From: Octopus sinensis
Lineage: Eukaryota
Length of the DNA stretch: 64,000 bases
Direction of reading: 5' to 3'
Assembly (NCBI RefSeq): GCF_006345805.1
Contig: NC_043025.1
Location: 15,934,001 to 15,998,000 of the forward strand
Shown: positions 62,270 to 64,000 of the stretch, piece after piece
Numbering within the stretch: the stretch's first letter is position 1
Layout of the letters: each line of letters opens with the position of its first letter
The notes under the pieces: generated by a model
The model's database searches: none
Told to the model about the DNA's origin: nothing
The model's input: only the letters and a program-made list of their open reading frames with translations
Program-made: the position numbers and the translations under genes

Positions 62270-62900
62270 TACTTAACAAGCTTATTGTTACGTACTTGCT
62301 AATTATAGCAAGCTTATTGCTTATTAGCAAGTCTACTTCCTCCCTTTCTTTGAGTATTTAACAAGCTTTATTGCTTTAATTAGCAAGTCTGCCCTCTCAT
62401 CGTTACAGCATTTAACAAGCTTATTAGCTTAATTAGCAAGTCTACTTCATTTGACCATTAAGATATCTAACAAATTTATTTCTGTAACTACCAAGTATTC
62501 TCCAGTTGATTGTTAAGGTATTTAACAACCATATTACTTCAATTAGCGAGTCTACTCTGTCCCATCGTTAAGGTGTTTAATGAACTTTTTACTTTAATTA
62601 GCAACTCTACACTTCTATACAAGTGTTTTGATAATTAACATTTTCCTTTTAATTACTCTTCTTGTTTATCCAATTTGATTATTAAAATATTTAATGAGTT
62701 CACTCCTTTAATTAGTAAGTTTGTTCAATCATTAAAGTAATTAATGAACTTATTACTTTGATTTGAAAGTTTGCTCCATCTCATTGATAATGAACTAATT
62801 AAAATTGCTAATTAAAGTAATAATGAATTTATTACTTTAATTAGTTAGTGTACTCCTCTGTCCAGTCATTAAAATATTTAACAAGCTTCTTATCTTAATT
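62270..62900. repeat. Degenerate ~60-bp tandem repeat just upstream of the exon 2 acceptor
   Basis: Recurring taacaagcttattgctttaattagcaagtctact...ttaaggtattt; satellite clusters also at ~59430-59660, 60900-61015 and 61335-61420. Confidence 0.65.
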
Positions 62901-62959
62901 ACTCTATTTGTGAATCATTATATTTTCCTAACGACATCGTCTGCTCTTCTCGTTAACAG

Positions 62960-63009
62960 GCTGGTGTGATTGAAGGGTCCGTTATAATGTCAGTTGTTGG
63001 AATCATAAG
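62960..63009 (+). CDS. Coding exon 2 of the same transporter
   Basis: Acceptor ctgctcttctcgttaacAG|; 50 nt reading AGVIEGSVIMSVVGII(S); donor GTAAG at 63010. It continues exon 1 in frame as the family motif PYAFKEAGxxxG. The gene continues beyond the window. Confidence 0.88.
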
Positions 63010-64000
63010 GTAAGAAGATGGTGTCTTATATTTTGTGGGATGTTGGGAAAGGGTTAGGGGATACCCGTACTCCTTTTTTACCCCCTCATCCCACCACCCA
63101 TTCTTTTTAAACATCGTTTATGCAATGGAAAAGATGTTGTGAATGTTGTTGCTGTTATTGTTGTTGTTGTTGTTTAGTGCCTTCCACCCCACCCCTGTCC
63201 TCCAGGATCAACACTCAACACGGGACCTATGAGGAGAGGCACGATGTGCCACTATGGAATTTCAATTAAATTAATTAAAATTTTGCACTGACTTTACTGT
63301 TTGGTTTTCCTGCAGAGTATGCCCCTGAGTATCTTTTTTTTCTTCTTCTTCTTCCATGTGGCTGTGTGGTTAAGAAGCTCAATTTGCAACCATGTGGTTC
63401 TGGGTTCAGTCCCACCGCATGGCTCCTTGGGCAAGTGTCATCTGCTATAGTCAAAGCCTTGTGAGTGGATTTGGTAGATGGAAACTGAAGGAAGCCTGCA
63501 GTGTTTATATGTGTCTGTGTTTGTATCCCCACCACCACTTGATAACCAGTGTTGGTGTGCTTATGTCCCATAACTTAGTGGTTCCGCAAGAGAGGTAAAT
63601 TAAAGTAAATAATGGGGTTGATTAATTCAATTAAGAATCCTTGAAGGTGGTGCCCCAGCATGGCCTCAGTCTAATGATTGAAACAAAGAATATATTTGAT
63701 ATAGTAATAACCTCATGCATTTCAAAGCTCCTCTGCAGTCATTGGCTACCATATGCCTTTCTACAGCTGGATATTTTCCAGAGTTGGATAAACATGTGGA
63801 ACTCCACTATTGTATAGGATTAACATAACAAAGTGGGGGGAGCTGGGAGGCACGTTGGCACACCAGGCGAAATGCTTAACGGTATTTTGTCTGCCGTTAC
63901 GTTCTGAGTTCAAATTCCACCGAGGTCGACTTTGCCTTTCATCCTTTCGGGGTCGATAAATTAAGTACCAGTTACGCACTGGGGTCGATGTAATCGACTT

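Larger units (their letters stand above)
8366..62959 (+). other. 54,594-bp GT-AG intron 1 of the transporter gene
   Basis: GTAAGT...TTAACAG joins exons 1 and 2 in frame. No other transporter-like exon was recognised between them. Confidence 0.8.

Overview
Repeat-dense eukaryotic DNA. The SINE/LINE families and the (TA)n/(CAT)n landscape look like a coleoid cephalopod (Octopus-like) genome; this is inferred from recalled repeat families, not from a search. The only host gene supported is an amino-acid/auxin-permease (Aa_trans, SLC36/AVT3/ANT1-like) transporter on the + strand, with coding exon 1 at 8252-8365 and exon 2 at 62960-63009, separated by one 54.6-kb GT-AG intron. The intron holds RTE, R4/Dong and CR1-like LINE pieces, tRNA-derived SINEs, Helitrons, Tc1/mariner, hAT, piggyBac and Harbinger-type MITEs and a solo LTR. 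The main unexplained signal is a set of type I hammerhead-ribozyme (HHR) elements from at least six sequence families. They include a 3.55-kb Penelope-like element (PLE) with ~705-bp inverted pLTRs, each carrying an intact HHR; a non-coding retrozyme-like direct repeat with two HHRs exactly 454 nt apart; and several other intact or decayed HHRs, mostly with 3' ends abutting (TA)n. Upstream of the gene is a head-to-tail tandem of a 1.78-kb gag/ORF1-only element whose 3' end matches a local SINE. Several fold-back structures are also present, including a perfect 92-bp-arm palindrome and an inverted RTE dimer. All folds and identities were assessed by eye and need computational confirmation.
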